A stretch of 64,000 bases of DNA from positions 2,272,001-2,336,000 of the forward strand of contig OY970067.1 in the NCBI GenBank assembly GCA_963705305.1, written 5' to 3'. The notes under the pieces were generated by a model that did not search any database, was not told the origin of the DNA, and saw only the letters and a program-made list of their open reading frames with translations. The translations under genes and the position numbers were made by a program. This DNA is from an uncultured Methylomirabilota bacterium (GTDB lineage: Bacteria; Methylomirabilota; Methylomirabilia; Methylomirabilales; 2-02-FULL-66-22). Below are positions 39,235 to 49,208 of the stretch, one piece after another; the stretch's first letter is position 1; each line of letters begins with the position of its first letter.

Positions 39235-40437
39235 CTACGGCGATTTTTGCGCCCCCTCGTCTCGAGTCGCGCGGATCAGGCTCCGCAGCAGGAAGCTCCG
39301 CTGGGCTCCGCGGAGAAGGGCCGACAGGTCCTCGTAGACCGTGGGGTCTTCCAGGAGCGCGCCGAGGGTTCCCTGCCCCTGGCGAAGCTGCTCCGCAATC
39401 GCCTGCAGGTCCGATGCGGCGCGCTTCACGTCCACCGCCGCCGCCCGCACGTCCGTGACCGCCCCCTGGACATCACCCAGCGTCTTGGCCCCCTCGGGAT
39501 CGAACAGCAGGGTGGGGAGGAGCCCCTTCCCCGTACGGGCCGCCTGCGTCAGCGCCTCCAACTGCTGGCTGGCCTGCTCCAGGTGGGTCAGGATCTCGGC
39601 GCGCTGCGGGTCGTACAGCAAGGCGTGCAGCAGGCCGTGACCCTCCCGGGCCTCGCGGACGAGATCGTCCACATCGGCGAGGGTCTGGGTCAGCCGCCCC
39701 AGGGTCTGGTCCGGCGGGTTGTAGATCAGCGCGTGCAGCAGCCCCCGCTCGGTCTCCATGGCGTGAGCAACCCGCTCCAGGGACTGCATCGTGCGGTCCA
39801 TCCGGACCAGGAGGTTGGCCCCCTCCGGCCCGTAGATGATGTCGTGCAGCAGCCCCTGCCCCTTCTCCACCTCCACCAGCGTGGTGCGGAGGGAGCGCAC
39901 GGCCTCGCTCAGGTTCTGGCCCTCCGCCTTCCCGCCCCCCGACAGGAACTCGTCCAGCGAGGCGCTGATCCGGGTGACGTGGTCGAGAATGGTGTTTCCC
40001 TTTTGCAGCAGGGCGGAGTAGTCCATCGGGTTCACGCTCTCCAGCGCCCCGCCCGGGGGAACGACGGGCAGGTCGGAGCTTCCGACCGTGATGTCGAGCA
40101 CCTTGTCCCCCACCAGCCCGATGGTGCCGATGCTGGCCACCGAGTCCTGCCGGATGCGGTCCTGCACCCGTCGCTCGATGCTCAGGGTGACCTGAATGCG
40201 ACGGTTGCTGAGGGTCGGGCTGAAGCCGATCCGGGTGACGTTCCCCACCGCGACGCCGGCCAGGCGGACGGGCGAGCCCTCCACCAGGCCTTCCGTCGTG
40301 CTGAAGGAGGTGGAGAGGGAGTACCGCTGCTGAAACAAGGCGCTCCGGCTGCCGATGGACAGGACGAAGGCCACGAACAGGAAGATCGCCGTCAGGACGA
40401 AGGCTCCGATGCGAAGCTGCAGCTGTCGTTCGGTCAT
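39235..40437 (-). CDS. mlaD: MCE/MlaD family protein with long helical extension
   Basis: GLVEGSPVRLAGVAVG, ASIGTIGLVGDK; repeated GxGLLHxL(I/L)Y motifs. Confidence 0.88.
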   Translation of the reverse strand: MTERQLQLRIGAFVLTAIFLFVAFVLSIGSRSALFQQRYSLSTSFSTTEGLVEGSPVRLAGVAVGNVTRIGFSPTLSNRRIQVTLSIERRVQDRIRQDSVASIGTIGLVGDKVLDITVGSSDLPVVPPGGALESVNPMDYSALLQKGNTILDHVTRISASLDEFLSGGGKAEGQNLSEAVRSLRTTLVEVEKGQGLLHDIIYGPEGANLLVRMDRTMQSLERVAHAMETERGLLHALIYNPPDQTLGRLTQTLADVDDLVREAREGHGLLHALLYDPQRAEILTHLEQASQQLEALTQAARTGKGLLPTLLFDPEGAKTLGDVQGAVTDVRAAAVDVKRAASDLQAIAEQLRQGQGTLGALLEDPTVYEDLSALLRGAQRSFLLRSLIRATRDEGAQKSP

Positions 40438-40481
40438 CGCGGCTCCATCCCACTCCGCGTTCAGCCCCGGCGCTGCGCCCG

Positions 40482-41231
40482 TCAGCGGTGGGTCGCCCCC
40501 CCGCCCGCGTGCCCGGCGATGAAATCGCGGATGAGCGAGTCGTGCGTGGACTGGATCTCTTCCGGCGTCCCGATGGCGGCGATCCGCCCCTCCTTGAGCA
40601 TGGCCAGGCGGTCCGAGACCTTCAGGGCGCTCGCCATGTCGTGCGTGACGACCACCGAGGTCACCCCCAGCTTCCGCTGCAGGTCCAGAATCAATTCGGT
40701 GATCTTCTCCACGTTGGTCGGGTCCAGACCCGTCGTCGGCTCGTCGTAGAGCAGGATACGGGGAGGCAAGGCAACGGCCCTGGCCATGGCCACGCGCTTG
40801 CGCATCCCCCCCGACAGGTCGGTCGGATCCATGGCCTGGATCTGATCGAGCCCCACGAGTCCCAGCACCTCCCGCACGCGGTCCTGGATTGCGGCCTCGC
40901 TCCAGGTGGTGTGCTCGCGCAGGGCGAAGGCCACATTCTCGCCGACACTGAGGGAATCGAAGAGGGCCGATCCCTGGAAGACCATGCCCACGCCCTGCCG
41001 GACTCCGAGCAGCTCCTGCTCTGACAGCGGGACGATGTCCCGGCCCTCCAGGAGGATCTGGCCCGCGTCGGGCTTGAGGAGGCCGATCATGAGCCGCAGC
41101 AGGACGCTCTTGCCGGTTCCGCTGCCGCCGATGATGGTGAGCGACTCACCGGTCCGGATGCCGAGGTCCAGGCCGCGCAGGACGTGATTCTCCTCGAAAG
41201 ACTTGTAGACGCCCTTGAGCTCGAGGGCCAT
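40482..41231 (-). CDS. mlaF: MlaF-type ABC ATPase
   Basis: GGSGTGKSVLL, FQGSALFDSLSV, LSGGMRKRV, YDEPTTGLDP. Confidence 0.9.
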   Translation of the reverse strand: MALELKGVYKSFEENHVLRGLDLGIRTGESLTIIGGSGTGKSVLLRLMIGLLKPDAGQILLEGRDIVPLSEQELLGVRQGVGMVFQGSALFDSLSVGENVAFALREHTTWSEAAIQDRVREVLGLVGLDQIQAMDPTDLSGGMRKRVAMARAVALPPRILLYDEPTTGLDPTNVEKITELILDLQRKLGVTSVVVTHDMASALKVSDRLAMLKEGRIAAIGTPEEIQSTHDSLIRDFIAGHAGGGATHR

Positions 41232-41296
41232 CCCGTCCGGCGCCGCCCGGGCCGGGGCGCCCCGTTCCGGCGCGGGGGCAGACCCGCGTCCAGGCG

Positions 41297-42094
41297 TCAC
41301 CACCCCTCCAACCACCAAAAGAATTTGGTGAGAAAAAAGTCGGAGACAAAAACGACCAGCGAGGCGGTCACGACCGTCGTGGTGGTGGCACGGCCGAGGC
41401 CCTCCGTGCCTCCCCGGGTGGCGAGACCATTGTAGCATCCTATCAGCCCGATGAGGAATCCGAAGACCACCGTCTTGCCCAGGCCGCTCAGCATGTCCGC
41501 CAGGCGAATGTACTGGACCAGGGTGTTGTAATACTGGTGGTAGTCCACCTGGAACTCATACTGCGTGATCACCATCCCCCCGAACACGCCCAGCGTGTTG
41601 GCGATCATGGTGAGCAGGGGAAGAGACAGCATGGTGATCAGCACCCGGGGCACCACCAGCTTCTTGATGTAGTTCACGCCCAGCGCCCGCATGGCGTCGA
41701 TCTGCTCGGTGACCTTCATGGCCCCCAGCTCGGCCGTGAAGCCCGAGCCGACCCGACCGCCGACCAGGATGGCGGTGACGACCGGTCCCAGCTCCCGCAC
41801 CATGCTCAGGCCGACGATGATCCCCACCGTCCCCTTGGCGCCGAAGCGGGCCAGCCCGTAGGTCGTCTGCAGGGCCAGCACCAGCCCCACGAAGAGGCCG
41901 GCCACGCTGACGATCGAGACGGATCGCACGCCGATGTCGTCCATCTGGGAGATCAGCAGTCGCAGCGAATAGGGCGGGGTGACGGCCTGGTAGAGGGTCT
42001 GCCCGGCCAGGACGGACAGGCCGCCCAGGTCGGCGATCAGGCGCAGCCCGCGCCGTCCCAGCTCATCGAGGAACTCTCGCATCGGAGGTCTCAT
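41297..42094 (-). CDS. mlaE: MlaE-type ABC permease
   Basis: RELGPVVTA..GGRVGS, ELGAMKVTEQIDAM, GLGRATT. Confidence 0.92.
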   Translation of the reverse strand: MRPPMREFLDELGRRGLRLIADLGGLSVLAGQTLYQAVTPPYSLRLLISQMDDIGVRSVSIVSVAGLFVGLVLALQTTYGLARFGAKGTVGIIVGLSMVRELGPVVTAILVGGRVGSGFTAELGAMKVTEQIDAMRALGVNYIKKLVVPRVLITMLSLPLLTMIANTLGVFGGMVITQYEFQVDYHQYYNTLVQYIRLADMLSGLGKTVVFGFLIGLIGCYNGLATRGGTEGLGRATTTTVVTASLVVFVSDFFLTKFFWWLEGW

Positions 42095-42214
42095 AGGCTC
42101 AGGAGGATCTCCGCCGCCGCGGGCCGCCTTCCTTCGGACGGGTGCGACCGGAAGGGTACGCGCCGCCGGCGCCTGTGCGCCCCACTCTCCGCAGGGCACG
42201 AGGCGGTCGGCGGA

Positions 42215-42731
42215 TCACCGGGCGGCCAGCGGCGTCCAGCTGTTGAGGAAGACGTTCGAACACCGGGCGGCCGCGCACAAAGCTGTCCGGCGGAGCCACG
42301 TACATGAAATCCAGAAGGCATCCGTGATGGCGCAGGGTCACCCCCTCGACCTCGACGGGTGCCCCATCCAGCGTGGCCAGGAGATGGACGCGGACCCCCT
42401 CGTCGCCATGCAGCCGGATATCCTCCTGCTGGAGAATGCGGGGATTCTTTAGGCCGAAGTAGAGATGACGCGCCACCCAGGACAGAGTTCCGGACTCGGG
42501 ATTCTCGCAGCCCGTCCGGAGCGCCAGCGCCGCGCCGAGTCCGGGATCACGGTATGCTAGGGCGGCCCCCTTGAGATCCAGGGGGACCCAGCCGTGCGGC
42601 AGGCCCACCTGAAAGTCGTGCGTGATGTCGCGATACACCCCGTCCACGATCCGACCGGTCGCGCACCCGGCGCTCAACGGGAGCAGGACGAGCAGCAGTC
42701 CGGCCGGCATCCATGCGCTGAAGCGAGGCAT
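42215..42731 (-). CDS. Putative lipoprotein; apparent +1 frameshift near the C-terminus
   Basis: Lipobox LSAGC; removing one base at about 42255 gives ...PVFDVFLNSWTPLAAR* ending at 42215. Confidence 0.6.
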
Positions 42732-42823
42732 CTGGGGCCCTTCGCCCGCGGCGGTCGCAATTCGGCGGCCGCGAAGACGGCGCTTTCCGGGGGTTCCGCG
42801 TCCCTCAGGCGCGGCGAATCGGG

Positions 42824-43609
42824 CTACATCCTACTGGACAGTGGAGGCGTCGTCAAGGCGGCCCACGCCGTCAGGGCCGCGGGAATGCCGCGCCGCAGGG
42901 CGCGCCGGGCCTGTCCGGCGGCTCGCGCCATCTGGGGGAGGATGCTCCGCTCCTCCCGCCCCGCCAGCAGGAAAGCAAGCAGGCCGCGCCAGCACAGGCG
43001 GCCGCCGGGGGTGGTGCATGCCGCGAGGGCGGGCGGCAGGGCGAGTGCCACCGGATCCAGGATGGCTTTGATGGCACACCATGGGAGGCGCAATTCGCGC
43101 GCGGCCGCCGCCACCCCGGCGGCCTCCATATCCACCGCGACGGCGCCGGTGCCGCCATGGGCGGCCCGCTTGGCCTCCGGGGTCCTCAGGGGCGCGGCGG
43201 TTGTGAGGAGGCGCCCGACATGGCCGGCGATGCCGGCCTCGCGGATGGCCGCGCAGACGAGGCTGGGGGCCGACGCCGGGCTGGCGATGTGTTCCGCCCG
43301 GCGGCCGTCCTGCTCCAGGACGCAGGTCGGGCACACCAGATCGCCGGGACGGAGGCCGTCGATCAGGCCGCCCGCGAAGCCGACCGACCACACGGAGTGC
43401 AGAGGCAGCCGGCGGGCGGCGGTCAGGACCGCCTGGCGTGCTCGCTCCGCGCCGAGGCCGGACTGCATCAGCACCACGGGCTGCCGTCCGTGCTGCCCGA
43501 AAACGGCCGGGAAGCCGTCGAGCCGGCGGCGACGAGCCGGCCGCAGGCAGGACCGCAGGGTCCGCCGCTCCTGTCCCAGGGCCACGACCACAAGCAGGTG
43601 GGAAGTCAT
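42824..43609 (-). CDS. hpnG: Hopanoid-associated nucleoside phosphorylase
   Basis: SGLG, SVGFAGGL...PGDL, AVDMEAAGV; directly downstream of shc. Confidence 0.75.
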   Translation of the reverse strand: MTSHLLVVVALGQERRTLRSCLRPARRRRLDGFPAVFGQHGRQPVVLMQSGLGAERARQAVLTAARRLPLHSVWSVGFAGGLIDGLRPGDLVCPTCVLEQDGRRAEHIASPASAPSLVCAAIREAGIAGHVGRLLTTAAPLRTPEAKRAAHGGTGAVAVDMEAAGVAAAARELRLPWCAIKAILDPVALALPPALAACTTPGGRLCWRGLLAFLLAGREERSILPQMARAAGQARRALRRGIPAALTAWAALTTPPLSSRM

Positions 43610-43698
43610 GAGCGGGCGCGGAGAACCAGGCCGGGCCGGGGGGAGGCGTCCAGGCAGCGGGCCCACGCGACAGTCGCCATGGGAATCGCCCCGGAGGA

Positions 43699-45708
43699 TC
43701 AAGCCGGCGTTGGACCGAACCGGGGCGGGCTGACCAGTGGGGCCACCGTCCCTGTCGGCCGACTTCCAGCCAAATCCATCACATGCTGGCGGTACAAGGC
43801 GAGCGCCCAGACCGGGAAGTAGGCGGGATACCCGTGGTAGCGGAGATAGAAGACCCGGGGGAACCCCGCCCCGGTGAACTCCGCCTCCTCCCAGAGGCCG
43901 TCGGGCCGCTGGCTGTCCGCCAGGAAACGGATGCCGCGCGCCACCGCGGGGTGGGCCGCCTCGCCGGCGTGGAGCAGGGCCAGCAGGGCCCACGCCGTTT
44001 GGGAGGCGGTGCTCTTGCCCATCCCCGCTGTGCGAGGGTTATCGTAGGAGAAGCAGGATTCCCCCCATCCTCCATCCGGGTTCTGGCGGCTCAGCAGCCA
44101 GTCCACGGCCTTGCGGATGTAGGGCTGGCCGAGGTCCTCGCCGATGGAGCGCAGGCCGGCCAGGACAGACCAGGTTCCGTAGATGTAGTTAACGCCCCAC
44201 CGGCCGTACCACGACCCGTTCGGCTGCTGCCTGGTCTTGAGGAAGGCGATGGCCCTCGCCACGGCCGGCTCATCCGGGCGGAAACCGAAATACCCCAGCG
44301 CCTCCAGGACGCGCCCGGCCAGATCCTCGGTGCTGGGGTCCATCAGGGCGCCGTGGTCCGCGAAGGGGATGCGATTGAAAACCATCCGGTTGTTGTCCCG
44401 GTCGTACGCCCCCCAGCCGCCGTCCCTCCCCTGGAGGGCCAGCACCCAGTTCAGACCCTTGGCCATGCTGCGGGTCTTGGCCTCCTCGTCCAGTGTGCGG
44501 ATCTTGCGCAGTGCCGTGAGGACGACCGCCGAATCGTCCACATCGGGGTAGTAGGCATTCTCGAACTGGAAGGCCCAGCCGCCCGGGGCCGTGCCCGACG
44601 CCTTGAACTGCCAGTCCCCGGGGCAGGTCGTCTGCATGGACAGCAGCCATTCCCCTGCCCGGACCAGGGCGGGATGGTCGGCCGGGAGGCCTGCGGCGAT
44701 CAGGGTGTTGACGGCTAGGGCGGTATCCCAGACCGGGCCGACGCAGGGTTGCACGCGCAGAGTCTCGTCCGTCTCGATCCGCAAGGCGTCGATCTCACCC
44801 ATGGCCTTCCGGACGGTCGGATGGTCCAGAGGGTATCCGAGGGAGATCAGGGCGATCACCGAGTTGATCATGGCCGGGAAGATGCCCCCCAGGCCGCCCG
44901 CGCCCTGCATCCGCTCCACCATCCAGCGCTCGGCGACATGGACGGCGCGCCGCCGGAGGGGGGTGCGGACAAAGCGGTCATGGAGCCGGAGGACGCGGTC
45001 CACGACCAGGAAGAAATTCCGCCAGGTGAATGTCCGGGGATCGCGGGGCAGCGAGAAGTCCGCGCGGATCCGCGGCACCAGGAAGAGCTCGTCCAGGCGG
45101 TGCTGCGGGGCCACGGGCCGCACCGGCCGCCGGGCAAAAATAATCAAGAGCGGCACCAGGACCGTCCGGGACCAGTAGGAGATCGTGTAAAGGTTGAAGT
45201 AGGCCCAGCGCGGCAACAGGCAGATCTCCACCGGCATGCAGGGCACGCCGGCCCACTCGTACTCGCCGAAGAGGGCCAGGAGGATCTTGGTGAAGACGTT
45301 GACGCGCGTGATCCCGCCCAGCTCGAGCACGCGCTGGCGCGCCCTGGCCATCCGGGGGTCGGCGCCAGGGACCCCGGCGAGCTTCAGGGCAAAGTACGCC
45401 TTGACGGTGGCGCTGATGTCGGCGGGACCGTTCTGGTAGATCGGCCACCCGCCGTCCGGGAGCTGGCTGGACTGGAGGTGGCGGACGGCCTTCCGCTCGA
45501 GGACGGGGTCGGCGGTCCCCAGCCAGCGGCGGAACAGCAAGTACTCGGCCGTAATGGTGACGTCCGCCTGCAGCTCGAAATGCCAGAAGCCCGCCGGCTG
45601 CTGGAGCGCCAGCAGGCGCTCGATCCCCCGCTGGAGGGCGGGCTCGACGTCGGCATGTGCCTGGGAGCGCGCCGCGGGGCGCGCCGTGCGGAGTGGACGG
45701 GGATTCAC
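43699..45708 (-). CDS. shc: Squalene-hopene cyclase
   Basis: DVDD catalytic motif (YYPDVDDSA), QW repeats (QLPDGGW, QNPDGGWGE), GRWGVNYIYGT. Confidence 0.97.
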   Translation of the reverse strand: MNPRPLRTARPAARSQAHADVEPALQRGIERLLALQQPAGFWHFELQADVTITAEYLLFRRWLGTADPVLERKAVRHLQSSQLPDGGWPIYQNGPADISATVKAYFALKLAGVPGADPRMARARQRVLELGGITRVNVFTKILLALFGEYEWAGVPCMPVEICLLPRWAYFNLYTISYWSRTVLVPLLIIFARRPVRPVAPQHRLDELFLVPRIRADFSLPRDPRTFTWRNFFLVVDRVLRLHDRFVRTPLRRRAVHVAERWMVERMQGAGGLGGIFPAMINSVIALISLGYPLDHPTVRKAMGEIDALRIETDETLRVQPCVGPVWDTALAVNTLIAAGLPADHPALVRAGEWLLSMQTTCPGDWQFKASGTAPGGWAFQFENAYYPDVDDSAVVLTALRKIRTLDEEAKTRSMAKGLNWVLALQGRDGGWGAYDRDNNRMVFNRIPFADHGALMDPSTEDLAGRVLEALGYFGFRPDEPAVARAIAFLKTRQQPNGSWYGRWGVNYIYGTWSVLAGLRSIGEDLGQPYIRKAVDWLLSRQNPDGGWGESCFSYDNPRTAGMGKSTASQTAWALLALLHAGEAAHPAVARGIRFLADSQRPDGLWEEAEFTGAGFPRVFYLRYHGYPAYFPVWALALYRQHVMDLAGSRPTGTVAPLVSPPRFGPTPA

Positions 45709-45721
45709 AGGGCCTCCGGCG

Positions 45722-46723
45722 TCAGACGAGGTTCCAACGGACCATCTCCCACAGATCTTTCCATCGCTTCCCGACCTCTCGAATGACCGTGGGCTCGAAG
45801 CCGCTGTGCATCATGCAGTTGGTGCAGCGCTCGTCGCGCTTGTTCTCGTACTTCTCCCAATCGGTCTTCGTCATCAGCTCGTCGAACGTCTTGTAGTGCG
45901 CGTCGGTGATGAGGTAGCAGGGCCCCTTCCAGCCCCGTGGATTGTAGTTGGGATTTCCCCAGGGGGAACACTTCAACTCGCGCTCGCCCTTGAGGAAGCG
46001 GAGGTACATGGGAGTGCTCAGGAGGCGATAGCGCTTGGCCAGTTCCCAGACCCGCTGGAATTTCTCATGCGTCTGCCGCTTTTCCAGGAAGATATCCCGC
46101 CCCTTCAGGATCGCGTACTCGTAGGCGGGAGAGACCAGGAAGCCGTCCACACCGATGGCCTCCAGCTCGGCGAAGAGCGCCTCGATCTCCTCGATCCTGG
46201 TCTCCTTGTAGATCGTGGTGTTCGTCACGATGCGAAAGCCCATGGATTTGGCCAGCTTGATCATGCGGATGTCGATCTTGTACAGCCCCGTACGGGATCG
46301 CACCAGGTCGTGGGTGGCCTCCAGGCCGTCCATGGAGATATTGATGGTGAGGTACGGGCTGGGCCGCCACTGGGGAAGCCACTTGTCGAGCTTGATGGCG
46401 TTGGTGCACAGGTACACGAACTTCTTCCGGCGCAGGAGCTCTGAGACCAGATCGCCCAGGTGGGGGTAGATGGTCGGCTCGCCCCCGCAGATCGAGACGA
46501 TGGGGGCGCCGCACTCCTCCACGGCCTTCAGGCAGGTCTCCAGCGGCATCATGTCCCGGATGGTGCTCTCGAACTCCCGGATCTTGCCGCACCCCTCGCA
46601 CGCCAGGTTGCAGAGGTGGGTCGGCTCCAGCATCAGCACGAACGGGTACCGCTTGCGCCCCCGCAGGGCGTTCGCCAGGATGTACTTGGTCAGCGTGTAA
46701 TGCAGCTGAACGGGAAACCTCAT
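45722..46723 (-). CDS. hpnH: Adenosylhopane synthase radical SAM HpnH
   Basis: LMLEP..CNLACEGCGKI, CTNA, C.PWGNP, PCYLI, CTNCMMHSGFEPT. Confidence 0.93.
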   Translation of the reverse strand: MRFPVQLHYTLTKYILANALRGRKRYPFVLMLEPTHLCNLACEGCGKIREFESTIRDMMPLETCLKAVEECGAPIVSICGGEPTIYPHLGDLVSELLRRKKFVYLCTNAIKLDKWLPQWRPSPYLTINISMDGLEATHDLVRSRTGLYKIDIRMIKLAKSMGFRIVTNTTIYKETRIEEIEALFAELEAIGVDGFLVSPAYEYAILKGRDIFLEKRQTHEKFQRVWELAKRYRLLSTPMYLRFLKGERELKCSPWGNPNYNPRGWKGPCYLITDAHYKTFDELMTKTDWEKYENKRDERCTNCMMHSGFEPTVIREVGKRWKDLWEMVRWNLV

Positions 46724-47511
46724 GCGCGTATCCCCTCCCCTCGCGGCCGCCAGGTATAAAACCTCAAACCCGCGAGGATTGCAAGCGTCCAGATCGCGAC
46801 CGGTGTCGCCAGAGCCAGCCCCGTCAATCCCAGCCGCCACTCGCCGATGGCGAAGGTCACGCCGAGGTTGAACGCCAGGACGATGAAATACAGGGCCGGG
46901 CACAACAGGGCACGCCCGCGGCAGCCGATCAGCCCCGTCGCCGGAAGCCGGCGCTCCCAGGCGTGGTACAACCCCGCGGCCACCAGACCCACCACCGCCC
47001 AGCCGAGGAAGTTGGCCAGCGGAACGCCAAAATAAATCCCCGGCTCGGGGTAGCCGTAGATCCGACCCAGAAACCACCGGTCCCCGCGAAGGGCGACCGG
47101 ATCGATCGCGACATCCGCCAGGACGAACAGGCAGACGGCGACCAGGATGTGCGCCGCTCGGGACGGACGGCTGCCGGCGCCCGGGCGTCCCGGGACCAGC
47201 AGGAGCCAAGCCAGCCCGTAGCTGGCCGCCAGGAGGAACGAGAACGAGAGCGAATCAAAGAACGGCACCCCAAAGATCCACAGCTCGCGATGGGCTGTCG
47301 TCGGCACATAATAATACCACCCGAATGGGATTCCCGTCCGGATAGAACTGGCCTCTGCCACGAAGGCCACCGCCCACGTGATCACCGTGAAGGCCGTCGT
47401 GCGTCGCCAGCCCAGGAGCCCGCTGGTCCCCAACAGGTGGACGGTCAGGAAAGCGAACACATACGGGCGGAGCCACAGGCTGCCAAGCAGCAGCCGCGGG
47501 ACATCGCTCAT
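46720..47511 (-). CDS. DUF422 / CruF-like 'carotenoid biosynthesis' membrane protein
   Basis: E..SIRTGIPFGWYYY, DVAIDPVA, YFGVPLANFLGW; overlaps the hpnH start. Confidence 0.78.
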   Translation of the reverse strand: MSDVPRLLLGSLWLRPYVFAFLTVHLLGTSGLLGWRRTTAFTVITWAVAFVAEASSIRTGIPFGWYYYVPTTAHRELWIFGVPFFDSLSFSFLLAASYGLAWLLLVPGRPGAGSRPSRAAHILVAVCLFVLADVAIDPVALRGDRWFLGRIYGYPEPGIYFGVPLANFLGWAVVGLVAAGLYHAWERRLPATGLIGCRGRALLCPALYFIVLAFNLGVTFAIGEWRLGLTGLALATPVAIWTLAILAGLRFYTWRPRGEGIRA

Positions 47512-47569
47512 GCGCGCTTAACGGGGCGCGGTCGTGCCCGCCGACACCCCCTCCCATGGCGAACCGACA

Positions 47570-48571
47570 TCATCCGGCGGGCGCGTAGCCGTTGGCCCGG
47601 AACCAGCACACGGCCCGCGCCAGCGCGTCCTCGACCGGGGATTGGATCAGGCCCAGCTCGCGGACGGCCTTTGTCGAGTCGAACCACATGACCTTTTGCG
47701 CCATGCGCACGGCGTCCACGGCGATGAGAGGCGGCCGCCCCGTCCAATGATCCGCGATCCACTCGGAGAGGTGGGCCAAGGGGAGGATCAGCCCCGCCGA
47801 CACTCGGAGGCGGGGCGGGCGAATGCCCGCGATCCGTCCCAGCAGCGCGAAGATCTCCCGCAAGGTGTGGTTTCGCCCGCCGAGGATGTACCGCTCACCC
47901 GACCGGCCGCGCAGGGCCGCCAGCAAGTGTCCTGCCGCGACGTTCTCCACGTCCACGAGATTCAAGCCGGTGGGGAGGTACGCCCACATCCGCCCGTGCA
48001 GGAAGTCGACGATCATCTGACCGGTCGGTGTGGGCTTGAGGTCACCCGGCCCTACCGGCGTGCTGGGGTTGACGATCACCACCGCGAGACCCCGCCGTGC
48101 GTACTCGCGCGCCACCTCCTCGGCCAGGAACTTGGATCGCTTGTAATCCCCCGCCATCTCCGCCAGCGTGACGGGGGTCTCTTCGGTCCCGGGCTGTCCG
48201 CTCTTGGGGATTCCGAGCGCCCCCACCGTACTGGTATATACAACCCGGGACACCCCGGCCTGGGCGGCTTCCTCCAGAATGCGGCGAGTTCCCTCCACAT
48301 TGATGGTATAAAACTGCCGCCGGTCCCGCGCCCACAAGCTATATAAGGCAGCGACGTGAAACAGCAACCGGCAGCCCGACAGCGCATGGCGCAAGGCCTC
48401 GCTGTCGCCGAGGTCGCCGACAACCGTTTCTACGGAGAGCTGGTCCAGCAGTCGACGGTCGCTCTGGGGCCGCACCAGGGCCCGGACCTGATGGCCGGCG
48501 GAGAGCAGGTGCCGGATCACCGCTGCCCCGACAAATCCTGTTCCGCCCGTTACGACCGTGAGGTCGCCCAC
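47570..48571 (-). CDS. hpnA: Hopanoid-associated NAD-dependent epimerase/dehydratase HpnA
   Basis: TGGTGFVG, FHVAALY, YKRSK, NPSTPVGPGDLKPTPTG. Confidence 0.9.
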   Translation of the reverse strand: MGDLTVVTGGTGFVGAAVIRHLLSAGHQVRALVRPQSDRRLLDQLSVETVVGDLGDSEALRHALSGCRLLFHVAALYSLWARDRRQFYTINVEGTRRILEEAAQAGVSRVVYTSTVGALGIPKSGQPGTEETPVTLAEMAGDYKRSKFLAEEVAREYARRGLAVVIVNPSTPVGPGDLKPTPTGQMIVDFLHGRMWAYLPTGLNLVDVENVAAGHLLAALRGRSGERYILGGRNHTLREIFALLGRIAGIRPPRLRVSAGLILPLAHLSEWIADHWTGRPPLIAVDAVRMAQKVMWFDSTKAVRELGLIQSPVEDALARAVCWFRANGYAPAG

Positions 48572-48763
48572 ACATGCCTCCGACTTCCCGGAAGGGTGGG
48601 CGGCAGGATAGGTACCCCCGTTCGCCGAGGCCCGGGATCCTCGCGTTCGTATGCATTTGTACCACGAGACCGGTCGAAAATCAAACCTTCCGCCGCGCTG
48701 CGGGGGGACGGCCTCGTGCCGCTCCGCAGACGAACCCTCCCGGTGTGCGTCTGCGCAAAACCA

Positions 48764-48792
48764 TTGACATTTCGCCGACCTGCTGTTATGCA
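48764..48792 (+). promoter_or_regulatory. Sigma70-type promoter
   Basis: TTGACA-N17-TATGCA upstream of the ORF at 48849. Confidence 0.5.
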
Positions 48793-48848
48793 TTCCAAGA
48801 CCGCGGGCGTCGCTCCACGCCAGGACCTGTATCCATGGAGGAGACACG

Positions 48849-49074
48849 ATGGCGATAGACGAGAACGTCGGTAAGGATCCGAGTGGTGACGCTGGCGGGT
48901 GTGATCGTCGGGAAGATGAGCAAGCCCAAGAACATCCGGACGCTGGATGCCCTGAATCTCAAAGGCGATTTCTTTGCCTTGACCGACGCAGCCCCCGAGG
49001 GCGAGCCGAATGCCAGCCCGGGATTTCTGGCCGTTAATAAGCGTCAGGTCATCTCGCTGGAAGAGCTTCCCTAG
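48849..49074 (+). CDS. Small beta-rich protein (DUF6812-like); apparent +1 frameshift at about 48865
   Basis: GGAGGAG RBS and ATG 48849; removing one base yields MAIDETSVRIRVVTLAGVIVG...RTLDALN..GDFFALTDA...FLAVNKRQVI. Confidence 0.6.
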
Positions 49075-49208
49075 CTGCTGTCCTCCCCCTGCCCGCAGGA
49101 TCGCTCCTGCTCGCAATCATCCGTGCCCGCGACGGCCCCGGTGTGTCCGGCGGCCGACCGGTCCGCCGCAGGCCAGCCGCCCGCCTCGGCCGGACTGTTT
49201 TCGGCCCC

